Sequence record: OZ035785.1
DNA: 64,000 bases
Origin: Tequatrovirus BCH953P2
Direction: 5' to 3' (one strand)
The position numbers were made by a program, and so were the translations under genes. Below the pieces are notes generated by a model that made no database searches, was not told where the DNA came from, and saw nothing but the letters and a program-made list of their open reading frames with translations. This document shows positions 20,420-29,568 of this stretch, piece by piece (positions within the stretch are counted from its first letter, which is position 1; the number at the start of each line of letters is the position of its first letter).

Positions 20420-21322
20420 TTAAGATTTAAGTAAATCAACAATTTTAATTAACTTTTCACGCTCAGATTTAGCTTTACTACTCAATCCAGATAGTCTGAA
20501 AATTTCATCGTCATATTGTTGAATAGAAATATTCAGCTCTTCAATTTGCTTATTAAAATAATCAATTTGTTCAGAATGTTTTTCGTTACTACGAACTGGT
20601 GCAGGTTTTGTAGGTAATTTAGTTGAACTGGATTCATCCGGGCGATAAATTAAAATACAACTTGAACCAATCGGACATTTAGCACCAGACACATATTCTA
20701 ATGTTCCAGCTTCTTTTAAAATTTCAAAAGCTAAACAGAGATGATGACACATATTGACATAATCTGTAGAGTGAGCTCTGACGTAATAATCATCTCCACG
20801 AGTGCTAAATTTAAAGCATTTAAGGTCTTCTGTATTATTAGTTTTAAAAATCATTTGTTTATCTAGACCTTTAGCTAATCGAGCGCCTAATGCTAATAAT
20901 CGTCGTTGATTTTCCCACAAATCTGCGATCATTTGGTCAAATGATAATTTTGGCATTAGTCGACCATAAAGGTCATATCCTTTATTATAATTGCGAAGAA
21001 TTTCACTCGCGTTAATGCGAGACAACGCTCCAATTTTATTAAGGGCTTTCATGATGCGATTAGATAAAAGCATTCCAGACCCGTTTGTTCGTTGTAAATG
21101 TTTTTCTAATCCAAATCCAATATCAACTTTAAACTTATCTAAAATTTCGGCGTGAACATCTTTATCAATAACATTTAAATTTAGTACTGGGTTAAATTTA
21201 TGAAAAAATTTATCTGACTCGTCGCGTTGAAGTACAGTCCATTCATTTGATTTTTTATTAACTAAAGATTTAATTACTGCATTGACATTATTAATTGCTA
21301 CTGACATATTTTCCTCACTCAA
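20420..21322 (-). CDS. Hypothetical protein with C-terminal coiled coil (nrdC.6 position)
   Basis: 300 aa; C-terminal coiled coil; start uncertain. Confidence 0.5.
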   Translation of the reverse strand: MSEENMSVAINNVNAVIKSLVNKKSNEWTVLQRDESDKFFHKFNPVLNLNVIDKDVHAEILDKFKVDIGFGLEKHLQRTNGSGMLLSNRIMKALNKIGALSRINASEILRNYNKGYDLYGRLMPKLSFDQMIADLWENQRRLLALGARLAKGLDKQMIFKTNNTEDLKCFKFSTRGDDYYVRAHSTDYVNMCHHLCLAFEILKEAGTLEYVSGAKCPIGSSCILIYRPDESSSTKLPTKPAPVRSNEKHSEQIDYFNKQIEELNISIQQYDDEIFRLSGLSSKAKSEREKLIKIVDLLKS

Positions 21323-21723
21323 TTTTCAATTTTACTAAATACACAGAATATGATGGAAAAGACTATATAAGCACCGCATACAGATTGAACTAATACCATT
21401 CCAAAGAACCAAATAATATTATCAAACCATGTCTGTTTTACGTCGAAAGGACGTAAACTTACAGTAATATTATCACCTTTTTCTATTGAAGAATACATCT
21501 CTGGCGAAATATATTCGCTAAATCTATAACCGTCTTTGAGTTCATATACGGCAATAAACGATAAACTAGACCCCTTTCCTTGAGTTCCTGTAAGGGTATT
21601 AACTACAGTAACATCATAATCTTTATAATGCATATAATCATTAATAGCATAATAACCATATGCAATTACTATACATAAACAACATATCAATAAATTCAAT
21701 CTTTTAATTATCAACTGTTTCAT
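21319..21723 (-). CDS. Membrane protein (nrdC.7 position)
   Basis: 134 aa with hydrophobic N- and C-terminal segments. Confidence 0.45.
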   Translation of the reverse strand: MKQLIIKRLNLLICCLCIVIAYGYYAINDYMHYKDYDVTVVNTLTGTQGKGSSLSFIAVYELKDGYRFSEYISPEMYSSIEKGDNITVSLRPFDVKQTWFDNIIWFFGMVLVQSVCGAYIVFSIIFCVFSKIEN

Positions 21724-21778
21724 AATAATCTCAATTAAAAGGGCTTAGAACCATTATACCATCCTTGGTATAAAGCGG

Positions 21779-22306
21779 TTATGCGAGTACCGTCTTTAAC
21801 CGTTCTTCAAACTTCCGAAGAGTGTTCTGGCGTTCAGCTCTTTGCTTTTTGTAAGTTTCAATACGCTCTGAAATGAGAGTGTATCGTTCATTTACTGATT
21901 CTTTCATAAAATCAGGAATTTCACGAGAAGCTTTAATCTCATCAAATTTATCAATAACAGCTTGCTCTTCAGCAATTAAGTTATCATACATCAAAATATC
22001 TTTCTTGATGAACTCAATATCTTCTTGAGTTACACGAGATAATTTAGATGCTTTATCCTTTTTGTACTGTTCGTTAGTATCACGAGACCAGTGTAATGTA
22101 CGATTTTTATTCGTATTCTTGTAAATTTCTACAATACCAATCTCATCAATAATAACGATCCAATTCCAACGGGATTTGTAAATTTGTCCTCCATCAACAG
22201 TGATTTCACCTCCGATTGAGATGTCATTAAAGAACTTGCTTTGTGCTTCAGATTTAAATTTACCATCGTTGTAATTTACCAGGTTGAAAATATCTTTAGC
22301 GTTCAT
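21779..22306 (-). CDS. Hypothetical protein (nrdC.8 position)
   Basis: 175 aa; early-promoter-like motif at 22335-22364 upstream. Confidence 0.45.
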   Translation of the reverse strand: MNAKDIFNLVNYNDGKFKSEAQSKFFNDISIGGEITVDGGQIYKSRWNWIVIIDEIGIVEIYKNTNKNRTLHWSRDTNEQYKKDKASKLSRVTQEDIEFIKKDILMYDNLIAEEQAVIDKFDEIKASREIPDFMKESVNERYTLISERIETYKKQRAERQNTLRKFEERLKTVLA

Positions 22307-22334
22307 TTTGTGTTCCTCCGTAGTTGATAGGGTA

Positions 22335-22364
22335 ATAGTACCACGGAAGAACAGTCTTGTAAAC
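22335..22364 (-). promoter_or_regulatory. Early sigma70-type promoter
   Basis: Minus-strand GTTTAC-N18-TACTAT upstream of 21779..22306. Confidence 0.5.
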
Positions 22365-22366
22365 CA

Positions 22367-22681
22367 CTAAAAGAAACTTCTTTCACAATTTTTTCCACTG
22401 AACCAAGCGCTCACTGCTTTCTTAGTCTCAGGAGCAGTGTTATCCATAAACCATTCAAAGGCAGCCTTTTTATGATTCTGGAGGGCTTCTCGGGCTTTAA
22501 TCTGCTCACGGTCTATTAACACTAACATATGAGCCTTTCTTGTCACCAAGGGCTTCTTATGATTTTTTGAATACTCCCAATCATTTGTCCATCGCATCGT
22601 TGTTGCGAATTGAAGTACAGCTTCTTTAATTTTAGTTTCGTAAATTTCACGAGCCTTTGAGTATAACATCACTACCTCCAT
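22367..22681 (-). CDS. Hypothetical protein (nrdC.9 position)
   Basis: 104 aa ORF. Confidence 0.4.
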   Translation of the reverse strand: MEVVMLYSKAREIYETKIKEAVLQFATTMRWTNDWEYSKNHKKPLVTRKAHMLVLIDREQIKAREALQNHKKAAFEWFMDNTAPETKKAVSAWFSGKNCERSFF

Positions 22682-22771
22682 TTACCAGTTTAATTCTAGT
22701 CATCTTTTTGATGGCGGTCCATATAATCTATTTCTGAACTGCCTTTTTGTCATAGAAGTCCTCTTATGAAT

Positions 22772-23752
22772 TTATTTCAGAAGAGTAACCTCAGCGATTT
22801 CTTCCCAACCGTTTTTGTCGGTCATAATAAAGTCAGCAAGATAAAGAGCAGTACGCAGTGAAACATTGCGTAAACGATTAACATTGACTTTCATCCATGA
22901 TAATGCTTTATAAGTTTCTTCATCAGAAAGACCGCGCTTTTGCATCATGTCGGTTGAAAGAATAACATCTTCAACCCTGACCATAATTTCTTCATTAGTG
23001 TGAACACCCAAATCTAAATAAACTGAGCGGGACACTAATGCTTGTAAATGTGGAGCAAGTTTAGTACCACGGTCTAATTCGCGGTCAATGTCAACGTTTG
23101 TGATAAAAACAATCGTTCCTTTAAATTCAAACTCACGCTCAATGCCTTTTTCTTCTAAGTAAGAAGATGCAGTGCTCCAGCAGACTTTACGGGTCTCTCC
23201 AGTGTCCAGAGCAGCTTTTAGAAGATTAAGAATGTCCATATCAGAGAAAACATCCACATCATCAATCAAAAGGACAGAATTCTCTTCACGATTATTCCAA
23301 AGCTGTTCATAAAGACCAATACCAGAGATTTTACCATTAATGCTTTTATATTCAATGTATCCAATATCATTTGCTTTATTTAAAGCTTTATCTAAAGAAT
23401 GCGTTTTACCAATACCTGCTGCACCAGAGATAATTAATGAACGAATGTTTCCGTTAATAATACCATTCGTCATCATTCCCATAACATTAAATCTTTTATT
23501 AATGCGGGTTTTCATATCTTCATACGATTCTTTAACTTCTTCAACTTTTACACCATCATATGAAATGTCTGATTTGTAAACCCAAACACCGCGACGTTTA
23601 CCGTCAATTTCAACAAAAACTTTACCATCTCCTTGTGCATCTACCGGAGCATTATCTGGGAACCATTCACCTAAGAGCTCAAAAGTTCCAGAGATTTCTT
23701 TACCGAAGTAGATACCCTTATTGATAGTTACAGTTTTCATTTTATTCTCCAA
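22772..23752 (-). CDS. P-loop AAA+-type ATPase (nrdC.10 position)
   Basis: 326 aa; Walker A SGAAGIGKTHS and Walker B VLLIDDVD. Confidence 0.6.
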   Translation of the reverse strand: MENKMKTVTINKGIYFGKEISGTFELLGEWFPDNAPVDAQGDGKVFVEIDGKRRGVWVYKSDISYDGVKVEEVKESYEDMKTRINKRFNVMGMMTNGIINGNIRSLIISGAAGIGKTHSLDKALNKANDIGYIEYKSINGKISGIGLYEQLWNNREENSVLLIDDVDVFSDMDILNLLKAALDTGETRKVCWSTASSYLEEKGIEREFEFKGTIVFITNVDIDRELDRGTKLAPHLQALVSRSVYLDLGVHTNEEIMVRVEDVILSTDMMQKRGLSDEETYKALSWMKVNVNRLRNVSLRTALYLADFIMTDKNGWEEIAEVTLLK

Positions 23753-23774
23753 ATCTGTATCAGTTGATAGTTGT

Positions 23775-23804
23775 ATAGTACCATAAAGCTTTATGCTTGT
23801 AAAC
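23775..23804 (-). promoter_or_regulatory. Early sigma70-type promoter upstream of the AAA+ ATPase gene
   Basis: Minus-strand GTTTAC-N18-TACTAT about 23 nt upstream of the 22772..23752 start. Confidence 0.5.
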
Positions 23805-23826
23805 CGTTTTGTGAAAAATTTTTGAA

Positions 23827-23852
23827 ATAAAAAAGGGAGCCCGAAGGCTCCC
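23827..23852 (-). terminator. Rho-independent terminator after the nucleotidyltransferase gene
   Basis: Hairpin GGGAGCC-CGAA-GGCTCCC with a T tract on the minus strand (plus AAAAAA at 23827-23834). Confidence 0.6.
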
Positions 23853-23854
23853 TA

Positions 23855-24868
23855 TCATTTATAATAACTTCGGTGGTTTTCAAGATAAACCCTCTCAAGG
23901 AAGTCATCCCAGAAACCCATGTCTACTTTTTGCTGCATACCGTTCTTAGAAGCTTCAGTAGATGCTGCTTCTACTTGATCGACCACATCTTCCAAAAACT
24001 CTTGAACCATTTTAAATGGATGTTTACCCAACTTCACGTCGAGAATAAATGGAGCGTCTTGAAGTGGATAAACTAAGTCACCAGTTTTGTAAATTTCCAA
24101 TAGTTGAAGTCCACCACGGCAGGCATGGCTCAGAGCTTTCCAATCAATGCCTTCATTGGCTTCGGCCTTACGAGCACGTTCACCGTATTCAGCATCTAAT
24201 TTGTTCAGTGACTGCTTAAGCTCAATAAGAGAAAGCGTTGTCTGATATTTACGACCCAACACAGTGTAGAACGTTTGTGGGCCTGTTTTCTCATGATTAT
24301 GGAACACCCATTCACAGAATTCGTTTTCTGGAAGACGATGCTTAATATCTTCAACTTTAGTGCGACGCTGCTTAATAGAACCATCTTCTTGGTAATCAAC
24401 CCATTGCTCAGGGATTTGATTAACTACTTTCAATACATCACGTAATGCAGCCAAACGAGAACCCTTGACACCGTATTTAGAAGCTTGCTTGCGGACATAT
24501 CCTAAATATGATTTCATGTTAGTCGTATAAAAACGAGAACGGTTGTCTTGAATAAACTTCCACACATCAGGCAAATCAGATTTAACCACTAGTTCAGGTG
24601 GAGTATGAAGCATATCCAATGCTACAGTTTCACCATCTGCTGCTAATTTAAAGAAATACTTAAGACTATACAATTCGTGGTCAATATCATCTTTAGTGTT
24701 TTTAGATGATGTGTTGTTAGTGTTTTTACTCATATGCTCTTTAACATTTCCGATAAGAATATCACGAGCAGGAGGAACAAAAATTTCTTTAAAATCTACA
24801 TCAGATTCTGGGGTAGAAGTTCCATAAAGATGACTACCAAAATAGCTTTTCATTACTGTTTTCATCAT
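23855..24868 (-). CDS. Predicted Pol-beta-superfamily nucleotidyltransferase (nrdC.11 position)
   Basis: 337 aa; N-terminal GSHLYGTSTPESDVDF fits the GS-x(n)-DxD minimal nucleotidyltransferase signature; further acidic residues at DHELY and ALDMLH. Confidence 0.5.
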   Translation of the reverse strand: MMKTVMKSYFGSHLYGTSTPESDVDFKEIFVPPARDILIGNVKEHMSKNTNNTSSKNTKDDIDHELYSLKYFFKLAADGETVALDMLHTPPELVVKSDLPDVWKFIQDNRSRFYTTNMKSYLGYVRKQASKYGVKGSRLAALRDVLKVVNQIPEQWVDYQEDGSIKQRRTKVEDIKHRLPENEFCEWVFHNHEKTGPQTFYTVLGRKYQTTLSLIELKQSLNKLDAEYGERARKAEANEGIDWKALSHACRGGLQLLEIYKTGDLVYPLQDAPFILDVKLGKHPFKMVQEFLEDVVDQVEAASTEASKNGMQQKVDMGFWDDFLERVYLENHRSYYK

Positions 24869-25326
24869 TCAGCCTTATATTCAATAACAGGACATACTTT
24901 AGCTTTACGAGCTTTTAAAAATTCGACGATAATAGATTTCTTGGGTTGAATAGGAGGTAAACCTTTATACGCCCTATCAATATTTTCTACATGTAAAGCA
25001 TAATCCTTTTTCCATTTATAATCTTTATATTTTTCATGCAGTTGTACAGGAATAACAAATGAACCGATAATAAGTAAAACAAGCAAAATGGCAAGTATAA
25101 ATGCTGATGGAATAAGAGTCCATAAACTACCAAAAATAAGCCATTTCTGTATGATTTCTGCGCAGATGATAGTTAGACCTACGAGTATAGTACATCCGAA
25201 AAAAGAAACGAAAAATGTAGGGATAACAATAGACCAAAAGTATGCGCACAGCGTCTTAGGTCGTTGCCATTCATCGTTAAACAATTTGAATAATTTATAG
25301 TGCCAAGAGTTTTCATTAATAATCAT
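24865..25326 (-). CDS. Multi-pass membrane protein
   Basis: 153 aa with three hydrophobic stretches. Confidence 0.45.
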   Translation of the reverse strand: MIINENSWHYKLFKLFNDEWQRPKTLCAYFWSIVIPTFFVSFFGCTILVGLTIICAEIIQKWLIFGSLWTLIPSAFILAILLVLLIIGSFVIPVQLHEKYKDYKWKKDYALHVENIDRAYKGLPPIQPKKSIIVEFLKARKAKVCPVIEYKAE

Positions 25327-25328
25327 AA

Positions 25329-25850
25329 TTATCCTTTCATTGAAGGCGTAACGGTTGTTAAATACTTAATCATAGCTTCAGCTTCTGATTTTGATAATGA
25401 AATTTCTCCATTGTTTTGACGAATAGAAATAAAATCCGGATGACGGTCACCACCAGCTTTTAAAACACACATATAAGTATCAGTTTCACCTTCAATATTT
25501 GAAATGATTGAAGCAGTTCCGCATGAATGTGGTTTTTGATAAATCAATACAGCTTTTCTTCCACCATTTGACTGCTCATAGGCTTTTAATACATCAAACA
25601 AATCAGTTCTTTTATCAATAGCTAAGATGTTATTTTCATCTTCAATGTTAAATCCTTCGGATACTTCATAAAGCGTTACCCATAAATCACCGATGTCAAT
25701 AACAGCATTTACTTTTCCACGGCTTTCAAGAGTATGACAAATTTTCTTGATTTCATCATAACTCATTTTAATAATATCATCTCCTTGAATAAGGAAGATG
25801 TCATTTTTAAATTCAACGCGAATTAAACCGCTTCCACTTGAAATAAACAT
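25329..25850 (-). CDS. Hypothetical protein, tandem paralogue A
   Basis: 173 aa; C-terminus SKSEAEAMIKYLTTVTPSMKG resembles the neighbour's C-terminus. Confidence 0.45.
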   Translation of the reverse strand: MFISSGSGLIRVEFKNDIFLIQGDDIIKMSYDEIKKICHTLESRGKVNAVIDIGDLWVTLYEVSEGFNIEDENNILAIDKRTDLFDVLKAYEQSNGGRKAVLIYQKPHSCGTASIISNIEGETDTYMCVLKAGGDRHPDFISIRQNNGEISLSKSEAEAMIKYLTTVTPSMKG

Positions 25851-25856
25851 ATTTCC

Positions 25857-26390
25857 TCACTTTGAAATCATAGTTGGAATGACAGAATCAAGATAAGTCT
25901 TTAGCGCAATAGCTTCGTCTTTGTTTAATGTAATGATATGTGATCGAAAATCGTCAATTTGACGAATAGATACTACATCTCCCTCTTCATAGCATTTTGA
26001 CACATTTAAAATAGTTTCATCATTCTGATTACAGGAGTTAGTAATAATAGCATTACATTTTTTAAACCATTTTAAATTATGTTTTCTTTTAGTAGAATCA
26101 TAAAAATATTTAATCTTAGTTATAAAATTATCCCAATTATTAATTGATAAGCACATTGACTCACTTTTAATATTAAATCCTGGGCATGAAGAATAAAAAT
26201 GAATTTTGTGCTCATCATTGATGCTTACTATTTTATCAGTATAAGCATATTCAATTTGGGTTAAACGAACAATTTCACTAGGCGTAAAATATAACATATC
26301 ATCTTCTTGCGTCAAACGATACATATTATTTACTTTTTCTATAGCCAATTCACCAAAAAGTGAACTAACTTCTAATACTAATCGTTTCAT
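25857..26390 (-). CDS. Hypothetical protein, tandem paralogue B
   Basis: 177 aa; C-terminus NKDEAIALKTYLDSVIPTMISK. Confidence 0.45.
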   Translation of the reverse strand: MKRLVLEVSSLFGELAIEKVNNMYRLTQEDDMLYFTPSEIVRLTQIEYAYTDKIVSINDEHKIHFYSSCPGFNIKSESMCLSINNWDNFITKIKYFYDSTKRKHNLKWFKKCNAIITNSCNQNDETILNVSKCYEEGDVVSIRQIDDFRSHIITLNKDEAIALKTYLDSVIPTMISK

Positions 26391-26391
26391 A

Positions 26392-26670
26392 TTAATCCTT
26401 TTTATTTGCGCTGATTTGTTCTAAAATTTTAGAGTATTCCTTTTTATCGGATTTACGTACAATCGATACACAATAAGGCATACTGTCGGTGTCTTTAATA
26501 AAACGTTCTAAATGGCACTTTAATAAAATTTCTGGATTATAAAGAGTATACATCAAATTCCCAGTCGCTCCGCGATATTGACAAATTTCCACGGATTTGA
26601 CATCATTCCATAAATTTGTTAAAACTAAGTCACCTACTTCTAATTTAGGAAAACTCATATTATTCACCAA
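26392..26670 (-). CDS. Hypothetical protein
   Basis: 92 aa ORF. Confidence 0.4.
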   Translation of the reverse strand: MVNNMSFPKLEVGDLVLTNLWNDVKSVEICQYRGATGNLMYTLYNPEILLKCHLERFIKDTDSMPYCVSIVRKSDKKEYSKILEQISANKKD

Positions 26671-26842
26671 TTAAAGTTTCAACAAAATTCACTAAATCGT
26701 TCTGGCGAGCGTCAACCTGTTTTTCATAGAAATCAGCAGCGCCATCATTTACTGCGTGATAAGCCACATCATTTAAATCGGTATCGGCTTCACGTAAGTC
26801 ATGAATAAGGTCCATCAACTTATTGGCTTGTTCACGGGTCAT
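26660..26842 (-). CDS. Small helical protein, family member 1
   Basis: 60 aa, MTREQANKLMDLIHDLREAD...DLVNFVETLIGE. Confidence 0.45.
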   Translation of the reverse strand: MTREQANKLMDLIHDLREADTDLNDVAYHAVNDGAADFYEKQVDARQNDLVNFVETLIGE

Positions 26843-26974
26843 TACATACTCCTTTGAATAATATCAATAATGTTGTTCACCAGATTATAGGTAAACAAAG
26901 GATAATTATATTGAATCATCACATACACAACAAACAAAATTTTCATTCTCTTCTCCCCAGCAGTTGACAAGATT

Positions 26975-27004
26975 ACTATACCATAACCTTATCAACTTGT
27001 AAAC
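26975..27004 (-). promoter_or_regulatory. Early sigma70-type promoter
   Basis: Minus-strand GTTTAC-N18-TATAGT in the 26843-27006 intergenic gap. Confidence 0.45.
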
Positions 27005-27006
27005 CA

Positions 27007-27180
27007 TTAAATGACGTTTTCAATAAAATTCTGAAGCTTTGTGTGAGCATCAACCATGATTTTCATTTCTTCCTTTGCGAAAGCTGTACCTCTTTCCCGA
27101 GCAGAATACTCATAGTCAGAAACTGCATTAGCATATTCTTCAATTAGCTTCATTAAAAACATCTGCTTTTCAGTTTTCAT
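27007..27180 (-). CDS. Small helical protein, family member 2 (not in ORF track)
   Basis: Hand-translated 57 aa MKTEKQMFLMKLIEEYANAVSDYEYSARERGTAFAKEEMKIMVDAHTKLQNFIENVI; start overlaps the stop of the 27170..27364 ORF. Confidence 0.4.
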   Translation of the reverse strand: MKTEKQMFLMKLIEEYANAVSDYEYSARERGTAFAKEEMKIMVDAHTKLQNFIENVI

Positions 27181-27364
27181 TATTCCACCTAATCATTTCA
27201 AGATATTGAACTAATTTAGCTTTAGATTTATCCAAATCCCTTTTAGCTGCTTCTATACCATCGTATGAATATCCTTCACAATGCTCAACTGCTAATTGAT
27301 ATGAATCTATTTCAATATCACGTGCTAATTTAATGATTTTTTCAAACTGATCGCATGTTAGCAT
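27170..27364 (-). CDS. Small helical protein, family member 3
   Basis: 64 aa, MLTCDQFEKIIKLARDIEID...KLVQYLEMI. Confidence 0.45.
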   Translation of the reverse strand: MLTCDQFEKIIKLARDIEIDSYQLAVEHCEGYSYDGIEAAKRDLDKSKAKLVQYLEMIRWNNEN

Positions 27365-27366
27365 AC

Positions 27367-27570
27367 TTACACTCTCGTATTATGATCGATAATTTCATCA
27401 AGAAACATATCTAACGCTTCTAAAGCATTATCCACTTTAGTTTCAAAGTCTTTAATGCCTTTATTCGAAATACCCGATGAATACCAAGCAAAGTTAATGC
27501 GCTCCTCATCTGCTTTACGAATTAAAGCTACCAATTCCTTAATTTTATCAGCTTGTTCGATACTAATCAT
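27367..27570 (-). CDS. Small helical protein, family member 4
   Basis: Start set at [23 protein letters not shown]; TAATG overlap with the upstream gene. Confidence 0.45.
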   Translation of the reverse strand: MISIEQADKIKELVALIRKADEERINFAWYSSGISNKGIKDFETKVDNALEALDMFLDEIIDHNTRV

Positions 27571-27758
27571 TATTCCACCACATATGAAAGAGAGAATATT
27601 GCACACGCCATGTGAGTTGCAACTTCATCACACATATTATAACGTTTCTTAAGAAGTTCTACAAGTTCTTCACTAGTAACTTCATCCATGTCGACGAAAA
27701 AATCACCATTAATGATGACGTAGATATTTCCTTCTTGATTGAGTGCTTCAATTTTCAT
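27570..27758 (-). CDS. Hypothetical small protein
   Basis: 62 aa from [27 protein letters not shown] 8 nt upstream; early-promoter-like motif at 27787-27816. Confidence 0.45.
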
Positions 27759-27786
27759 GATGTTCTCCTCTTTATCCGATGGTTGT

Positions 27787-27816
27787 ATAGTACCACAGCT
27801 CAAACGGAAAGTAAAC
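27787..27816 (-). promoter_or_regulatory. Early sigma70-type promoter
   Basis: Minus-strand GTTTAC-N18-TACTAT upstream of the 27570..27758 ORF. Confidence 0.5.
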
Positions 27817-27824
27817 CGGTAAAA

Positions 27825-27847
27825 TGAAAAAGTCTCCCGAAGGAGAC
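27825..27847 (-). terminator. Rho-independent terminator
   Basis: Hairpin GTCTCC-CGAA-GGAGAC with minus-strand T tract, just after the 27853..28239 stop. Confidence 0.55.
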
Positions 27848-27852
27848 TAATG

Positions 27853-28239
27853 TTATTCGAGGGAAAGAAGATACTTACTCTGGTAAAACATTCCAGTAAT
27901 ATCATCTATCGTGCTTTGGATGGCTGGAGGCATTTCTTTATAAATGCTGTTAGATTGGTCTAGTATGCGATCAATCATTTTAATTGTGTCGGTAGGAAGT
28001 TTACTGGCATCTGGAATTGAAGGCGTGTATTTTCTACCAGAATACCCCAAATATTGCTCACCAAATTTATCAATCAAATCTGGCAACTCGGAGAAAATAA
28101 AATCGTATGCTTTGTGTCTAGCATAATTTTTAGTTTCAAAATGTGCAGAATGAAAATAAGCTTGTGCAGCCATTAATAAACCTAAGTATTCATCTGCCTT
28201 TGAAGGTTTTCCACTTTGTGAAAAGTCGCTGAATTTCAT
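27853..28239 (-). CDS. Hypothetical protein (rI.-1 position)
   Basis: 128 aa ORF immediately upstream of rI. Confidence 0.45.
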
Positions 28240-28529
28240 TCAGTCTCCAATTTAATGTTCATAATTCTAGCGTATGATTGTGCCATCTCCGTGCCTCGTT
28301 CTATACATTCAAAATCAGAAGAGCACGGGTCATTTTTATAGGTCGTTCTCATAAAACTATAGAATTGTTCAGACGATTCTACGCTTTTATTTTCAAAAAG
28401 CATATAAACGTGCCTAATACCAGATTCCATAAATTTATCAAAATGAGGATCGACATTCGCTTCAATCGATGGAGATAAAACAAATGACAATCCTAGCATG
28501 GCAAAAAGTGCCGTTGCTTTTAAGGCCAT
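28236..28529 (-). CDS. rI: Lysis-inhibition regulator RI
   Basis: 97 aa matching remembered T4 RI (MALKATALFAMLGLSFVLSPSIEANVDPHFDKFMESG), signal-anchor N-terminus. Confidence 0.85.
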   Translation of the reverse strand: MALKATALFAMLGLSFVLSPSIEANVDPHFDKFMESGIRHVYMLFENKSVESSEQFYSFMRTTYKNDPCSSDFECIERGTEMAQSYARIMNIKLETE

Positions 28530-28541
28530 AAAGGCCTCCTA

Positions 28542-28754
28542 TCATTTTTGTCCTGTATTTACTTTATGCCGATGCACGGCCTTAACTTTATCAAGGTATT
28601 TTTCAAAATTTCGCAATCTAGTATAGTCTGCCGGAGATTGGTTGAGTGATACTTCTCGACGCAAAGCTGAAATGATATTTCCAACTTCCCTACGAATTTC
28701 ATCTAATTGAAGCACAGTAAGATTGCGAAGTTGCTTTTCAGTTAATTGTAGCAT
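28542..28754 (-). CDS. Hypothetical protein (rI.1 position)
   Basis: 70 aa ORF. Confidence 0.4.
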
Positions 28755-28779
28755 ATATACCCCTTTAGTTAGATAAACC

Positions 28780-28787
28780 TATTTATA
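28780..28787 (-). promoter_or_regulatory. Late-promoter-like TATAAATA upstream of the rI.1/rI region
   Basis: Plus-strand TATTTATA 26 nt upstream of the 28542..28754 ORF start. Confidence 0.4.
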
Positions 28788-28796
28788 ACTTTTGCA

Positions 28797-29378
28797 CTAA
28801 CCAAGCTTTTTAGTTAATTCATTCCAATGTTTTCTACACAAAGAAACATAAATTTCATCACCAATACAGATTTGATTACCTTCTTTAACTGGTGTTCCAT
28901 CTTCCATTAATCGAGCTGTCATAATCGCTTTTTTACCGCAATGACAAACTGCCTTTAGTTCAATAAGTTTATCTGCAATCGCTAAAAGTTCTTTAGAACC
29001 TTCAAACAATTTTCCAGCGAAATCAGTCCTTAGCCCATAAGCCATAACAGGAACATTATATGTATCAACAATTCGACTTAATTGATGCACCTGTTCAGTT
29101 TTTAAAAACTGAGCTTCATCTACAAATACGCAATGAATATCTTTTTGTGCTTCAGCCCATTTATAGAACTCGAAAATATCCATATCATCTGTAATAATAT
29201 TCGCTTCCTGCTTAATTCCAATGCGAGAAACTACTTCACAGACAGAATCGCGAGTATCAATAGCAGGCTTAAGAACTAATACACTCATTCCGCGTTCTTT
29301 ATAATTATGTGCAGCAGTCAAAAGAGAAGCAGATTTTCCAGCATTCATTGCTGCATAAGTAAAAATTAAACTCGCCAT
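28797..29378 (-). CDS. tk: Thymidine kinase
   Basis: 193 aa; P-loop AAMNAGKSASLL and C-terminal zinc-binding cysteines typical of type II thymidine kinases. Confidence 0.85.
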   Translation of the reverse strand: MASLIFTYAAMNAGKSASLLTAAHNYKERGMSVLVLKPAIDTRDSVCEVVSRIGIKQEANIITDDMDIFEFYKWAEAQKDIHCVFVDEAQFLKTEQVHQLSRIVDTYNVPVMAYGLRTDFAGKLFEGSKELLAIADKLIELKAVCHCGKKAIMTARLMEDGTPVKEGNQICIGDEIYVSLCRKHWNELTKKLG

Positions 29379-29379
29379 C

Positions 29380-29568
29380 TTAGTCCTTAGTTAAATTTTC
29401 TAAATATGTTTCTAAATCATTTTCAGCTTTATCGATAGATTTTACTAATTCGTAATATGTTTCGGCATCTCCATAATCAGAAGATAATTCAAAAGACAAA
29501 TCCTTTTCTAAACTAATAATTTCACCAACTAAAAATAATATTTCGTTCTTTTGTTCGCGAGTAATCAT
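29380..29568 (-). CDS. Small helical protein, family member 5
   Basis: 62 aa, MITREQKNEILFLVGEIISLEKD...DLETYLENL. Confidence 0.45.
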   Translation of the reverse strand: MITREQKNEILFLVGEIISLEKDLSFELSSDYGDAETYYELVKSIDKAENDLETYLENLTKD

